From Pyrobaculum calidifontis JCM 11548 (lineage in GTDB: Archaea; Thermoproteota; Thermoprotei; Thermoproteales; Thermoproteaceae): 32,000 nucleotides of DNA. The translations under genes and the position numbers were made by a program. Each line of letters starts with the position of its first letter. Position 1 is the first letter of the stretch. Location of the stretch: contig NC_009073.1 of the NCBI RefSeq assembly GCF_000015805.1, positions 1,320,001 through 1,352,000 of the forward strand. Direction: 5' to 3'. Below, piece after piece: positions 15,356 to 23,417 of this stretch. A model generated the notes under the pieces. That model saw only the letters and a list, made by a program, of their open reading frames with translations, had not been told where the DNA came from and did no database searches.

Positions 15356-16560
15356 TAGAGGATCTCTACGCCGCAACTGCCCTATCCCCCTTCTGGGCCG
15401 CCACTCTGTGGCGCCTCCGCATCGTGAGGAGGGTGGGGGCAAAGTCCGTGGTGGAGCTAGACGGCTACTCAATAGCCGTGGGAGACCGCTACCTCCAACT
15501 GCCCCCCGCCCACCGCATCGCCGAGCTCCTCCACGTGGCGACCCACGTCCTCTTCGACCACGTGGGGCGGATGGCGGGGAGAGACCCAGAGCTGTGGTGG
15601 CTCGCCGCAGACGCCGTGGCCTACTCTATAGTGGAGTCGACGGGCGTGGAGTTGCCCAAATACGCCAAAGCCCTCATCGACGCCGTGAAGTATCTAACAG
15701 GGCTAGACCCCCGCTCCGCCTCTGTGGAAGATATATACGACCGCTTGGTCAATACCTCCGCCAAGTACCTCATTGACAGGTCGCAGTTGCCCACGTACCG
15801 GGGCCACTTCTACCGCGAAAACTACGACGTAGAGGAGGACGTCAGCAGGGGGGACCCCGCCCTGTATGCCACCCGGCCGGAGGACAGGCGGAGGATGCTC
15901 ATAGAGCTCGTAAGCTCCGCCTCTGTGGCCGCCAAGAGGGCTGGCTACATGTCCTTGTCCGTGGAAAAGGAATACGCCAAGCTTGCCGAGTCGGCGGCAA
16001 TCCCCTGGCGGGGGTCGCTTCGAAGCCTCTTCGCGAGCACAGCCGCCGCCGTCCTTGAGACGTGGGCGCGGCCCAATAGGCGCGTGGAGGAGTACCCAGG
16101 CGCCAGGAGGAGGACGTACACCAAGGTGTGGTGCCTCGTGGACACCTCAGGCTCGATATCGGACGAGGAGTACGCCCTATTTCTCGCAGAGGTGGCCGAA
16201 ATCGCCAGGCGCACCCAGTCCAAGGTAATGTTTGTGCAGTGGGAGGTGGGGATAAGGGCCGTGCACGAGGTGAGGCGGCCGAGCGACTTGGAGAAAATAA
16301 GCCGGATAGGCTTCGGCGGCACCGTCCTAGCCCCCGCCATTAGGAGGGTGGCCGAGCTCGCCAAGCCCTGGGAGCCGGTGGTGGTCTTCTCAGACTTCGT
16401 CCTATGGGACTTCTCAGCCGCCGTGGAGGCCCTCTCTAAGGCCGCGCAGAGGGGCAAGGTCATCCTCGCCACAACGGCCGTCAGGCCCAGAGTGCCGGGC
16501 GCCCGGCTCGTCCAAATCGCCGAGCCCAAGGTGGAGGAGCTACTCGGCATGTCCGGATGA
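15352..16560 (+). CDS. VWA-domain protein with an N-terminal degenerate metallopeptidase-like domain (DUF2201-like)
   Basis: The ATG overlaps the AAA stop (ATGA at 15352-15355). N-terminal LLHVATHVLFDHVGR...LWWLAADAVAYSIV resembles the putative-peptidase domain, but HExxH reads HVATH. C-terminal VWCLVDTSGSISDEE carries the MIDAS motif DxSxS of VWA domains. Confidence 0.75.
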   Translation: MIEDLYAATALSPFWAATLWRLRIVRRVGAKSVVELDGYSIAVGDRYLQLPPAHRIAELLHVATHVLFDHVGRMAGRDPELWWLAADAVAYSIVESTGVELPKYAKALIDAVKYLTGLDPRSASVEDIYDRLVNTSAKYLIDRSQLPTYRGHFYRENYDVEEDVSRGDPALYATRPEDRRRMLIELVSSASVAAKRAGYMSLSVEKEYAKLAESAAIPWRGSLRSLFASTAAAVLETWARPNRRVEEYPGARRRTYTKVWCLVDTSGSISDEEYALFLAEVAEIARRTQSKVMFVQWEVGIRAVHEVRRPSDLEKISRIGFGGTVLAPAIRRVAELAKPWEPVVVFSDFVLWDFSAAVEALSKAAQRGKVILATTAVRPRVPGARLVQIAEPKVEELLGMSG

Positions 16561-17165
16561 CGGCCCTGCTCTGCATGGAGGCCGCCCAGGAGCTCTCCAA
16601 GAGAGGCGTAGACACTACGCCGCTGGAAGCCGCCTGCAACCCCGCGAGGCGCCTCGCGGAGGAGGAGGAAGAGGCGTGCGTCCTAGCCCTCGAGGCCGGG
16701 GACACGTGCCCCCAACCGCCCCCGTGGTTGGCGCCGCTACAGATCTACAACTTCTTGTCTAAGCAGAGGAGGCTGGGCAGGCATGGCAGAAGGCTGTTAA
16801 AGGCTGTGGAGGAAGAGGCGAGACGCCTACTTATGCGCATATACGAGGCCAAGGCGGCCCTACTCCATCTCCCACTCCACGTGCTAGCCGACGCGCCGCC
16901 CCACTGCCACAGGAGGTTCTACTTCGACGGAGAGGCCATCTACCTCACACAAGGCCAATGCCCCGCCCCCACACCCGCCCCCCGGCCAGAAAAGGCAGAA
17001 AAGCTGATAGACCTAAAGGCCCCCCACGCCACGGCGGCAAAGCGCCTTGAGACAGTAAAGGCCGCCTACCCGGAGCTGGCCCAGTACCTAGCCGAGGTGG
17101 AGGCCGCCATCGAGAGACTAAAAAGGGAGTACATAGCCTACGTCTTGTCGAAAGGCGGGGAGTAG
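16557..17165 (+). CDS. hypothetical Cys-containing protein, third gene of the AAA/VWA operon
   Basis: The ATG overlaps the VWA stop (ATGA at 16557-16560). 202 aa, six Cys (including PPHCH and GQCP), acidic stretch EEEEEA, C-terminal coiled-coil-like helix. No family recognised. Confidence 0.5.
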   Translation: MTALLCMEAAQELSKRGVDTTPLEAACNPARRLAEEEEEACVLALEAGDTCPQPPPWLAPLQIYNFLSKQRRLGRHGRRLLKAVEEEARRLLMRIYEAKAALLHLPLHVLADAPPHCHRRFYFDGEAIYLTQGQCPAPTPAPRPEKAEKLIDLKAPHATAAKRLETVKAAYPELAQYLAEVEAAIERLKREYIAYVLSKGGE

Positions 17166-17194
17166 GGAAAAACCGGTGGGGGAAGGAGGAAAAA

Positions 17195-19078
17195 TTAGTC
17201 GATTATGTGTATTACTGGGGAGGTTCTGAAGCTCCACTGGCCGGTCTTGGGGTCGCGTCTGACGTGTGTGAATACGTGCCAGTTGTCCTCGTCGATGTAG
17301 GGGTAATCGGCGTTGAAGTAGTAGCCGCGGCTCTCCTTGCGGTTCATCATGGAGAAGACCACCGCCTGGCCCACTATGAGGCGGTGATAGACCTCCCACA
17401 CGCGGAGGAGCTCGTGGAGGCTGGCCGCGGCGGCGAAGCGGAAGTCCTCCTCCAACATCTTCAACAGCTCCCAGGCGCGGCCCAGCATGTACATATTGGT
17501 GGTGTAGAAGGTACCCCAGCCCGCCGCGTATTCGTCCATGATCTTCTGAAGCCTTGTCAGTAGCTGGTACCAGTTTAGGTAGTTGGGGTGTATCTCAAAC
17601 CAGTTGGTCAAGTTGGGCGGCATCTCCGGCGTGGTGGTCAACGGCTTGAGTTTGTGGTACCACTCCAGCGGCCTGTACACAATCTCCTTGTATCTCTCAA
17701 TGGTGTCGTTGCTCACCACCGGCTTGTAGTCCTTGGCCTGGGTCAAGACGTATCTAGCCGCAGACTTGCCCGCGATTCTACCCTCTGTGAAGGAGCCGCT
17801 GGAGAACTTGTGGCCAGACGCCCCCACGGTGTCGCCGGCGCCGAAGAGGCCCTCCACAGTCAACATGCGGTTGGGGCCCCACTTGTACTCAGGCGGCGCA
17901 ATGTCCGGCGGCCCGGAGGCCCACATGCCTGCCGACGAGCCGTGGCTACCCTGTTGGTAGGGCTCGGTGGGCAGTAGCTCAGAGGGCGTCCTCTGCGGGT
18001 GTATGTTCTGGCTGGCCCAGTATATCACCTGGGTGGGTGTCATGTCTAAGTAGTCCTCAAAGAGAACTTTGAGGCTCTCCTCGTCTGGGAGCCTCTCTTG
18101 CGTCTGCATTATGTCGGGCCCACGGCCCTCCTTCAAGTTCTGAATAGTGACCCAAGTCCTTATGGGAGTCGGCGTGGGCCTGGCCCACGCGTAGTCGTAG
18201 AAGATCTTGGCCAACTCCGCCTTTGCCTCGTCTGGGAGAGGCTCCCACTGCTTGCCCTTGACGTCAGTGGAGCGCATCTTGAGCAGGAGGTAGGGGAAGC
18301 CCACGGGGCCGTAGGCGTCTTTGAACCGCACTACCACAAGCCTAAATTCAAAGTTCACAGTCTCGGCCCCGGCCAGGAGAGGTATGGCGTATGCGCTTCC
18401 GCTTGCCCAAGTGGGGTACCACGCCCTCCCCAGGCCCTCGCCGACGCTACGCGGCCTGTACAAAAGCGACGTGCCGCCCGCGGCCACGATCACCGCCTTG
18501 GCCTTAAAGACGTAGAAGGTGCCGTCTCTCACGTGGAAGCCCACCACGCCCGCAATCCTGTTGGGCCTCTGCTCATCTAGGAGCGGGTGTGTGACAAAGA
18601 CCCTCTCGTAGACCTCGTCGGCGGACTTTCTACAGGGCTCGGCTATAATCGCCTTGTAGGACTCCCCGTGGATTGGGTGCTGCCATCTGCCGGTTCTGAG
18701 GTACTTCCCAGTCTTGGGGTCGCGCCAGATGGGCAGCCCCCACATGTCGAAGAGCTTTATGGTGGAGGTCATGTGCCTCGCTATGTCGTACACGAGGTCT
18801 TCTCTGACCACGCCGAGTAGGTCGTTGCGCACGTAGCGGACGAACTCCTCGGGCTTGGGGTCCTCTGGGTCCTCGCTGAAGACGCCTAGGTTAGTGGCGC
18901 TGAGGCCCATCCCCACTGCGCCGCTCTTCTCAGTGTTGGCCTTCTCCACGAGGGTCACCTTGCACTTGCTCCTGCACCAGTACTTGGCCTCAAAAACTGC
19001 GCCGCATCCCGCCATTCCGCCGCCTACCACCAAAATGTCAGTCTCGACGACCTTCGTGGGGAAGTGGAGCGCCGACAT
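17195..19078 (-). CDS. aprA: adenylylsulfate (APS) reductase, alpha (FAD) subunit
   Basis: 627 aa. N-terminal FAD fold ILVVGGGMAGCGA. Fumarate-reductase-like flavoprotein with a length typical of AprA. Starts 1 nt after the aprB stop. Confidence 0.95.
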   Translation of the reverse strand: MSALHFPTKVVETDILVVGGGMAGCGAVFEAKYWCRSKCKVTLVEKANTEKSGAVGMGLSATNLGVFSEDPEDPKPEEFVRYVRNDLLGVVREDLVYDIARHMTSTIKLFDMWGLPIWRDPKTGKYLRTGRWQHPIHGESYKAIIAEPCRKSADEVYERVFVTHPLLDEQRPNRIAGVVGFHVRDGTFYVFKAKAVIVAAGGTSLLYRPRSVGEGLGRAWYPTWASGSAYAIPLLAGAETVNFEFRLVVVRFKDAYGPVGFPYLLLKMRSTDVKGKQWEPLPDEAKAELAKIFYDYAWARPTPTPIRTWVTIQNLKEGRGPDIMQTQERLPDEESLKVLFEDYLDMTPTQVIYWASQNIHPQRTPSELLPTEPYQQGSHGSSAGMWASGPPDIAPPEYKWGPNRMLTVEGLFGAGDTVGASGHKFSSGSFTEGRIAGKSAARYVLTQAKDYKPVVSNDTIERYKEIVYRPLEWYHKLKPLTTTPEMPPNLTNWFEIHPNYLNWYQLLTRLQKIMDEYAAGWGTFYTTNMYMLGRAWELLKMLEEDFRFAAAASLHELLRVWEVYHRLIVGQAVVFSMMNRKESRGYYFNADYPYIDEDNWHVFTHVRRDPKTGQWSFRTSPVIHIID

Positions 19079-19079
19079 A

Positions 19080-19562
19080 CTACTTCGCCTGCTTAGCCTT
19101 TATTATACTACCCACGATTCTCACGGGCTGCGCCGGGCGTGGAAGCTCCTTAAAGCCCAAGAACTCGGGGTTGTCCTCCAGCGCGAGGAGCTCCGAGTCT
19201 AGGTCGGGCCTCTCGGGGAAGTCTAGCGCGCCCTTCGCCGAGCCCCAAGGGGTGGTGCGTATGGGGGAGGCGAACTCGTACACCGTTCCGTCTCTGTACA
19301 TTACGCGCCAGTAGATTATGTTCTTCTTGGTATCTCTCACAACGCCTATCCGGGCGCCCAGCGGGATAAAGTCGCTGTATCCTCTCACCTCCACCGCGTG
19401 TTCTGGGCAGTACTTGACGCAGTTTAAACACTCGGCACACGACACTGGGTCAGCGTTGTAGGCCTTCCTTATCTTGGGGTTGTAGTGCATGTTGTCTGCC
19501 GGGCATATGTCTACACACTTGCCGCACCCCTTGCACAGAGAGGCATATACAAATGTAGGCAT
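19080..19562 (-). CDS. aprB: adenylylsulfate (APS) reductase, beta (2x[4Fe-4S]) subunit
   Basis: MPTFVYASLCKGCGKCVDICP ... CAECLNCVKYCP, two ferredoxin-type clusters plus the long C-terminal tail typical of AprB. I prefer ATG 19562 over the track start 19580, which would lie on the TATA box. Confidence 0.9.
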   Translation of the reverse strand: MPTFVYASLCKGCGKCVDICPADNMHYNPKIRKAYNADPVSCAECLNCVKYCPEHAVEVRGYSDFIPLGARIGVVRDTKKNIIYWRVMYRDGTVYEFASPIRTTPWGSAKGALDFPERPDLDSELLALEDNPEFLGFKELPRPAQPVRIVGSIIKAKQAK

Positions 19563-19580
19563 GTCCCCACCCCTCTGCAC

Positions 19581-19588
19581 ATTTAAAA
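19581..19588. promoter_or_regulatory. single central TATA element of the 43-bp aprB / membrane-protein divergent spacer
   Basis: ATTTAAAA (TTTTAAAT on the other strand) lies 18 nt from ATG 19562 (minus) and 17 nt from ATG 19606 (plus). Confidence 0.5.
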
Positions 19589-19605
19589 GAGTTGTTCATC
19601 TACAG

Positions 19606-20559
19606 ATGGAAATAAGACTTAAGAACAAGCGCGCCGAGTGGACCATGCCCACAGAGATGGCGACTATAAAGGAGATTCAAACGGCGTGGGGGACCTACCG
19701 CTTCGTTGAGTCGCCTGTTGATTGGTTCGCCATAGACGTGTTGGCCGCGTTAACAGTGCTCTGGATCTTATTCACTTTTTGGTATAAGGGGGTGCGCCAG
19801 TTCAACGTCGTAAGATACCCCTACATTGAGACGATGATACCCTACGCCGAGTGGGATAGAAAGTTGTTAAGGGAGAAGCCCCCCATAGGCGTCGGAAGCG
19901 CCATCGCATACTTCTTCAAGACGTTGTTCGCCGACGTGTTGGCTATGGGAATTCTGAAGTGCGAATACGGGAAGTCGGAGAAGGAGGTGGTTAATACGAG
20001 GGCCGCGAAGCGGGTCGCGAAGCTGTTCATGGTATGGGGCTTTGTACTCGCCGGCATTTCTACGACGCTGGCCTACTTCACCTTCCCCCACAACATGATC
20101 GTCCTAGACCTGCACCACCCAGCCAGGATATTTGGCGTGGCGGGCGGAGTGCTCATGGTGGTGGGCGCCTTGATATGGCTCTCCGTTAGGTACAAGGAGG
20201 TGAACTACAGAGGCATTTGGGACTGGCTCGGCGCAGACTACTTGCCCTTCATGGTTCTACTGCTGGGGCTCTCCGGGTTCGTCCTACAAGCCGCCATATA
20301 CGTCTGGGCCCACAACCCCAGCGACGCCTTTGCCAACGCCTTCCTCTACTTTGCTGAACACTTCCACGCCATCCCCGTGGCGCTGTTCTTCTGGGCGTTC
20401 TTTTGGACAAAGGCCGACCACATAATCTACAGAATCCTCTGGCGCATATACGAGTACGCCGACAAGAAGTATGCGGCTTCTCACAACATCAGCAGACTCC
20501 CGCCGCCGACCCTCAAGGTGATGAATAAGACGGGCAAAGAGATACAGCCAGGCTACTAA
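19606..20559 (+). CDS. six-TM membrane protein with a NarI/DsrM/HdrE-like C-terminal heme-ligand signature; candidate membrane partner of AprBA
   Basis: 317 aa from ATG 19606 (the track start 19489 lies inside aprB). About 6 hydrophobic helices. The last helix carries H-x14-K-x2-H (HAIPVALFFWAFFWTKADH). The DsrM-like ORF of this window has identical spacing (HAALAMLFIAYVPFGKMVH), and this equals the H-x17-H spacing of NarI helix V. Confidence 0.6.
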   Translation: MEIRLKNKRAEWTMPTEMATIKEIQTAWGTYRFVESPVDWFAIDVLAALTVLWILFTFWYKGVRQFNVVRYPYIETMIPYAEWDRKLLREKPPIGVGSAIAYFFKTLFADVLAMGILKCEYGKSEKEVVNTRAAKRVAKLFMVWGFVLAGISTTLAYFTFPHNMIVLDLHHPARIFGVAGGVLMVVGALIWLSVRYKEVNYRGIWDWLGADYLPFMVLLLGLSGFVLQAAIYVWAHNPSDAFANAFLYFAEHFHAIPVALFFWAFFWTKADHIIYRILWRIYEYADKKYAASHNISRLPPPTLKVMNKTGKEIQPGY

Positions 20560-21062
20560 ACCCCTCTTTTTCCCCTCATCATAAAGACCACCGCATCCTC
20601 CTCCACCGGCACTTCCACAAGCCTAAGCGCCGTGTTGTTAGTCAATATGGCGAACGGCTGAGGCTCCACGTGTACCACCTCGCCGAATTCCACGTGGTCT
20701 AGATACTCCAGGGCCACCGTCCCCTCGTATATTGGGAAGCCCGTCAACTGCCTCCTCACCACCAGCTCGGTGATACCAAAGGGGACCTTCATCACCACCC
20801 GCGTGGCCTCCACAGGGTTTGCCTCAGAGACTTCGAAGTAGGCCTCTACGTCCATTGCGCCCCAGCCGTAGTAGGGGTAGAGCATGACGGCGAGCTCCCT
20901 CGACACGCCTATGCACGGCCCCTTCTCCACCTTAGCCACGGCCCGCCTCCCATCTCTAGACCTCAACTCCACGTAGGGCACCTCCACGTCTAAAAAAACC
21001 ACAGGCCTGTAGTCCAAGATAGTGCGAGTTAAACACATCCTCAGATACATGGACTTGGACAT
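20556..21062 (-). CDS. hypothetical protein
   Basis: 168-aa ORF (alternative start ATG 21050, 21-28 nt from TATA-like TTTATAC). No family recognised. Confidence 0.45.
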   Translation of the reverse strand: MSKSMYLRMCLTRTILDYRPVVFLDVEVPYVELRSRDGRRAVAKVEKGPCIGVSRELAVMLYPYYGWGAMDVEAYFEVSEANPVEATRVVMKVPFGITELVVRRQLTGFPIYEGTVALEYLDHVEFGEVVHVEPQPFAILTNNTALRLVEVPVEEDAVVFMMRGKRGV

Positions 21063-21122
21063 GTGTGAGTATAAATGCGTATAACCGCCGACAGGTTTTT
21101 ATAAGCACAGGTTTTTGGCGCC

Positions 21123-21623
21123 ATGTTGGTGGCTGTTATTTCGGACACGCACGACGACTGGGTGGCCATTAGGCGCTTCGGCGAATTGGTCAAGAGGCGT
21201 GGGCCGGCGTTTATAATCCACGCCGGGGATTGGACATCTCCCTTTAGCCTAATGAAGATGAGGAAGGCCGTGGGCGACATGCCCATCTACACCGTGTTGG
21301 GCAACAACGAGGGGGATAAGATCAACTTTGCCCGGCAGGCCGCCGCCCACAAGGTAGAGATCTTGGGAGACGCCGGTCTCATAGAGGCCGGGGGTAGGAG
21401 GATTGGCGTCTACCACGGAACCTCAGAGCTCATCCTAGAGGCGCTTATAAGGTCGAAGATGTTTGACATAGTTGTCTACGGCCACACCCACAAGGTTGAC
21501 ATCAGGCACGTGGATGGGACACTGGTGATAAACCCAGGCGAGGCATGTGGATGCGCACACGAGAGAAAAACAGCCGCATTTCTAGACTTGTCGACGCTTC
21601 ACGTGGAAATAGTGGACCTCTAA
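21123..21623 (+). CDS. YfcE/MJ0936-type metallophosphoesterase
   Basis: Calcineurin-like motif series D-x-H (ISDTHDD), GD (HAGDW), GNNE (LGNNEGD), H (YHGT), GHTH (YGHTHK), in a 166-aa single-domain protein. Confidence 0.85.
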   Translation: MLVAVISDTHDDWVAIRRFGELVKRRGPAFIIHAGDWTSPFSLMKMRKAVGDMPIYTVLGNNEGDKINFARQAAAHKVEILGDAGLIEAGGRRIGVYHGTSELILEALIRSKMFDIVVYGHTHKVDIRHVDGTLVINPGEACGCAHERKTAAFLDLSTLHVEIVDL

Positions 21624-21836
21624 CCGCCCGTCCCACGGAGACCACACACGCTAAGGAAACCGCGGCTACTCTTCATCAACGGCTACCGAGCTCAACACTG
21701 CCTACTGTTGGCTAAGGCGTGGCATAGGCTAAGCCCCCAACCGCCTCTACAAGGCGCCCATTCCTGCATGTTGTTTCACCGCGGCCCACCTTGCTCTATG
21801 GGTTTTACGTTTAAAAATATTAGTGTAACACGTCAT

Positions 21837-22526
21837 ATGTTTAGAGAGACTTGGAGAGGCGTTGTGCCTCCTCTCTCGGAATCTGCTCTGGAACTTGTCA
21901 AATTTTTCCTAGGCGAATATCCGCGGCCGACTTCTATATATTCCGCATATAGGGCTCTCCCGTACCCAGCGTCGACTATATATAAATCGGCCCGCGCCTT
22001 GAAATCTCTCCGAATTTTGAGGGAAGAGACTGGGGGCTACGTGGCCACAGTGAAGGCGGCCATAGTTGCGGCTTACCACCTCGACGAGGCGTATCTATCC
22101 TACGTGGAGAAGTTCTGGGGACTTGGGCCCCGGAGGGGGGTCTACAGCTACCTCCTCCTCTTGGGCGCGGCGCTTAGGCGGCTGGGCTTTAAGTTACAGG
22201 AGGCCTACATCTGCGACTTCTACGCAACCCCCATGTACATAATTCCATTTCTCTCCGGCGGAGCCGCAGAGGCTGGGAGGAAGCTGGGCCTAGAGCCCGC
22301 CGTGGTAGAAGAGGCGCTTGAGGTAATGAGAGAGGCTACTGCCCTCCGCGAAGTGTATGTGGATGGGCTTAGGGTTCTGTTGCTACGCGCTGGTGGGAGG
22401 CACGTGGTGGCAGACGTGGCCTGCTCTAAGTTTGGGAAGTGTGGACACGCATCGCCGTTGAGCTGTCCCAGGGCTAGGCGCATAATTACATACATCGCCG
22501 GCGGTGGTGTGAAAGAATCAATATAA
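21837..22526 (+). CDS. hypothetical protein (possible wHTH N-terminus, C-terminal Cys/His cluster)
   Basis: ATG 21837 lies 17-26 nt downstream of TATA TTTAAAAATAT. The track start 21708 has no promoter support. C-terminal CSKFGKCGHASPLSCP. No family recognised. Confidence 0.45.
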   Translation: MFRETWRGVVPPLSESALELVKFFLGEYPRPTSIYSAYRALPYPASTIYKSARALKSLRILREETGGYVATVKAAIVAAYHLDEAYLSYVEKFWGLGPRRGVYSYLLLLGAALRRLGFKLQEAYICDFYATPMYIIPFLSGGAAEAGRKLGLEPAVVEEALEVMREATALREVYVDGLRVLLLRAGGRHVVADVACSKFGKCGHASPLSCPRARRIITYIAGGGVKESI

Positions 22527-22546
22527 AGGGGTTAGATGTTTGTCCC

Positions 22547-23137
22547 ATGGCGCGGATTATATTAGTAGCAGTGCCCGGGGTGGGGAAGAGCACGATTTTG
22601 AAGTTTCTAACTGAGCGCAGGAGAGACGTCCAAGTGGTAAACTACGGCGACGTGATGCTCGAAATCGCCAAGGCCCGCTTCGGCATCGCCAATAGGGACG
22701 AGATGAGGAAGAAAATCCCCCTGGAACAGTACAGGGAGGTCCAGAGGGAGGCCGCGGAGAGAATCGCCCAGATGCAGGGCCACGTGGTGGTGGACACCCA
22801 CGCGTCGATAAAGATAGCCGGGGGGTACTACCCAGGCCTACCCCACCGCATTATCACGCTCATGAAGCCGCACGCCATTGTGTTAATAGAGGCGGACCCG
22901 CAGGTGGTGCTAAAGCGCAGAGCCAGCGACGCCACTAGGCCCACGAGGGACGTGGAGACCCCCGAAGACGTGGAAAGGCACCAAGAGGCCAACCGGCACT
23001 ACGCCTACGCGGCCTGCGAGGCGGCGGAGTGCATCGTCTACATAATCGACTTACGCAAAGTGCCAGAGACGCGGCCCTTTGAACACGCAGAGTACGCCGC
23101 GGGCAAGCTATCCGAGCTCATAGACGCCCTCGGCTGA
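22547..23137 (+). CDS. adkA: archaeal-type adenylate kinase
   Basis: 196 aa. N-terminal P-loop VAVPGVGKST. The size and layout (P-loop NMP kinase of about 195 aa, IDLRKV-type C-terminus) match the archaeal AdkA class. Confidence 0.75.
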   Translation: MARIILVAVPGVGKSTILKFLTERRRDVQVVNYGDVMLEIAKARFGIANRDEMRKKIPLEQYREVQREAAERIAQMQGHVVVDTHASIKIAGGYYPGLPHRIITLMKPHAIVLIEADPQVVLKRRASDATRPTRDVETPEDVERHQEANRHYAYAACEAAECIVYIIDLRKVPETRPFEHAEYAAGKLSELIDALG

Positions 23138-23417
23138 CGGTCTTCCACAACTCTCTCAAAAGAGCCGCCACCTGCCCCAGCGGCTTCTCAGTCTTGTAAA
23201 ACACGGCGAGGTACTGCACAGCCCCGTCGTCGACAAGTATACAGGGGCCGCACAGCTCAGCAGCCACGTCGCCAATGGGCCTCCCCCCGTACGTGGCAGG
23301 CAACTTGACGACTCCCCCCTCGGCTATTACCAACGCCTTTAGATTGCAGAGGCAGACGAGTTCAGCAAAAACTTTTTCAAAAAACTCCCTGGCGTTTTCT
23401 ACCCGGATCTCCTCCAC
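23118..23417 (-). CDS. small hypothetical protein coupled to the dsrM-like gene (possibly Roadblock/LC7-like)
   Basis: 99 aa. GTG 23417 overlaps the dsrM-like TAG by 1 nt. The KALVIAEGGVV ... ILVDDGAVQYLAVF pattern is reminiscent of Roadblock/LC7-type small alpha/beta proteins; this is a weak, unverified impression. Confidence 0.4.
   Translation of the reverse strand: MEEIRVENAREFFEKVFAELVCLCNLKALVIAEGGVVKLPATYGGRPIGDVAAELCGPCILVDDGAVQYLAVFYKTEKPLGQVAALLRELWKTVSRGRL

Noticed and set aside
15945-16550. 201-aa minus-strand ORF inside the VWA gene, and similar shadows (28350-28982 in dsrN, 17588-17977 and 18098-18580 in aprA, 26574-27164 in the dsrK-like gene)
   Set aside because: Each is antisense to an ORF with clear family motifs. 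Their compositions are Ser/Thr/Ala/Arg/Pro-biased with no motifs.
19604-19616. GATGGAAATAAGA (and GTGGAAATAAGG at 4191-4202) as further copies of the GTGGAATAA element
   Set aside because: Both contain a 1-nt insertion and lie downstream of the TATA box, within the first codons of plus-strand genes (MEIR..., MAVEIR...). They are not at the -38/-39 position and are more simply explained by similar N-terminal codons.
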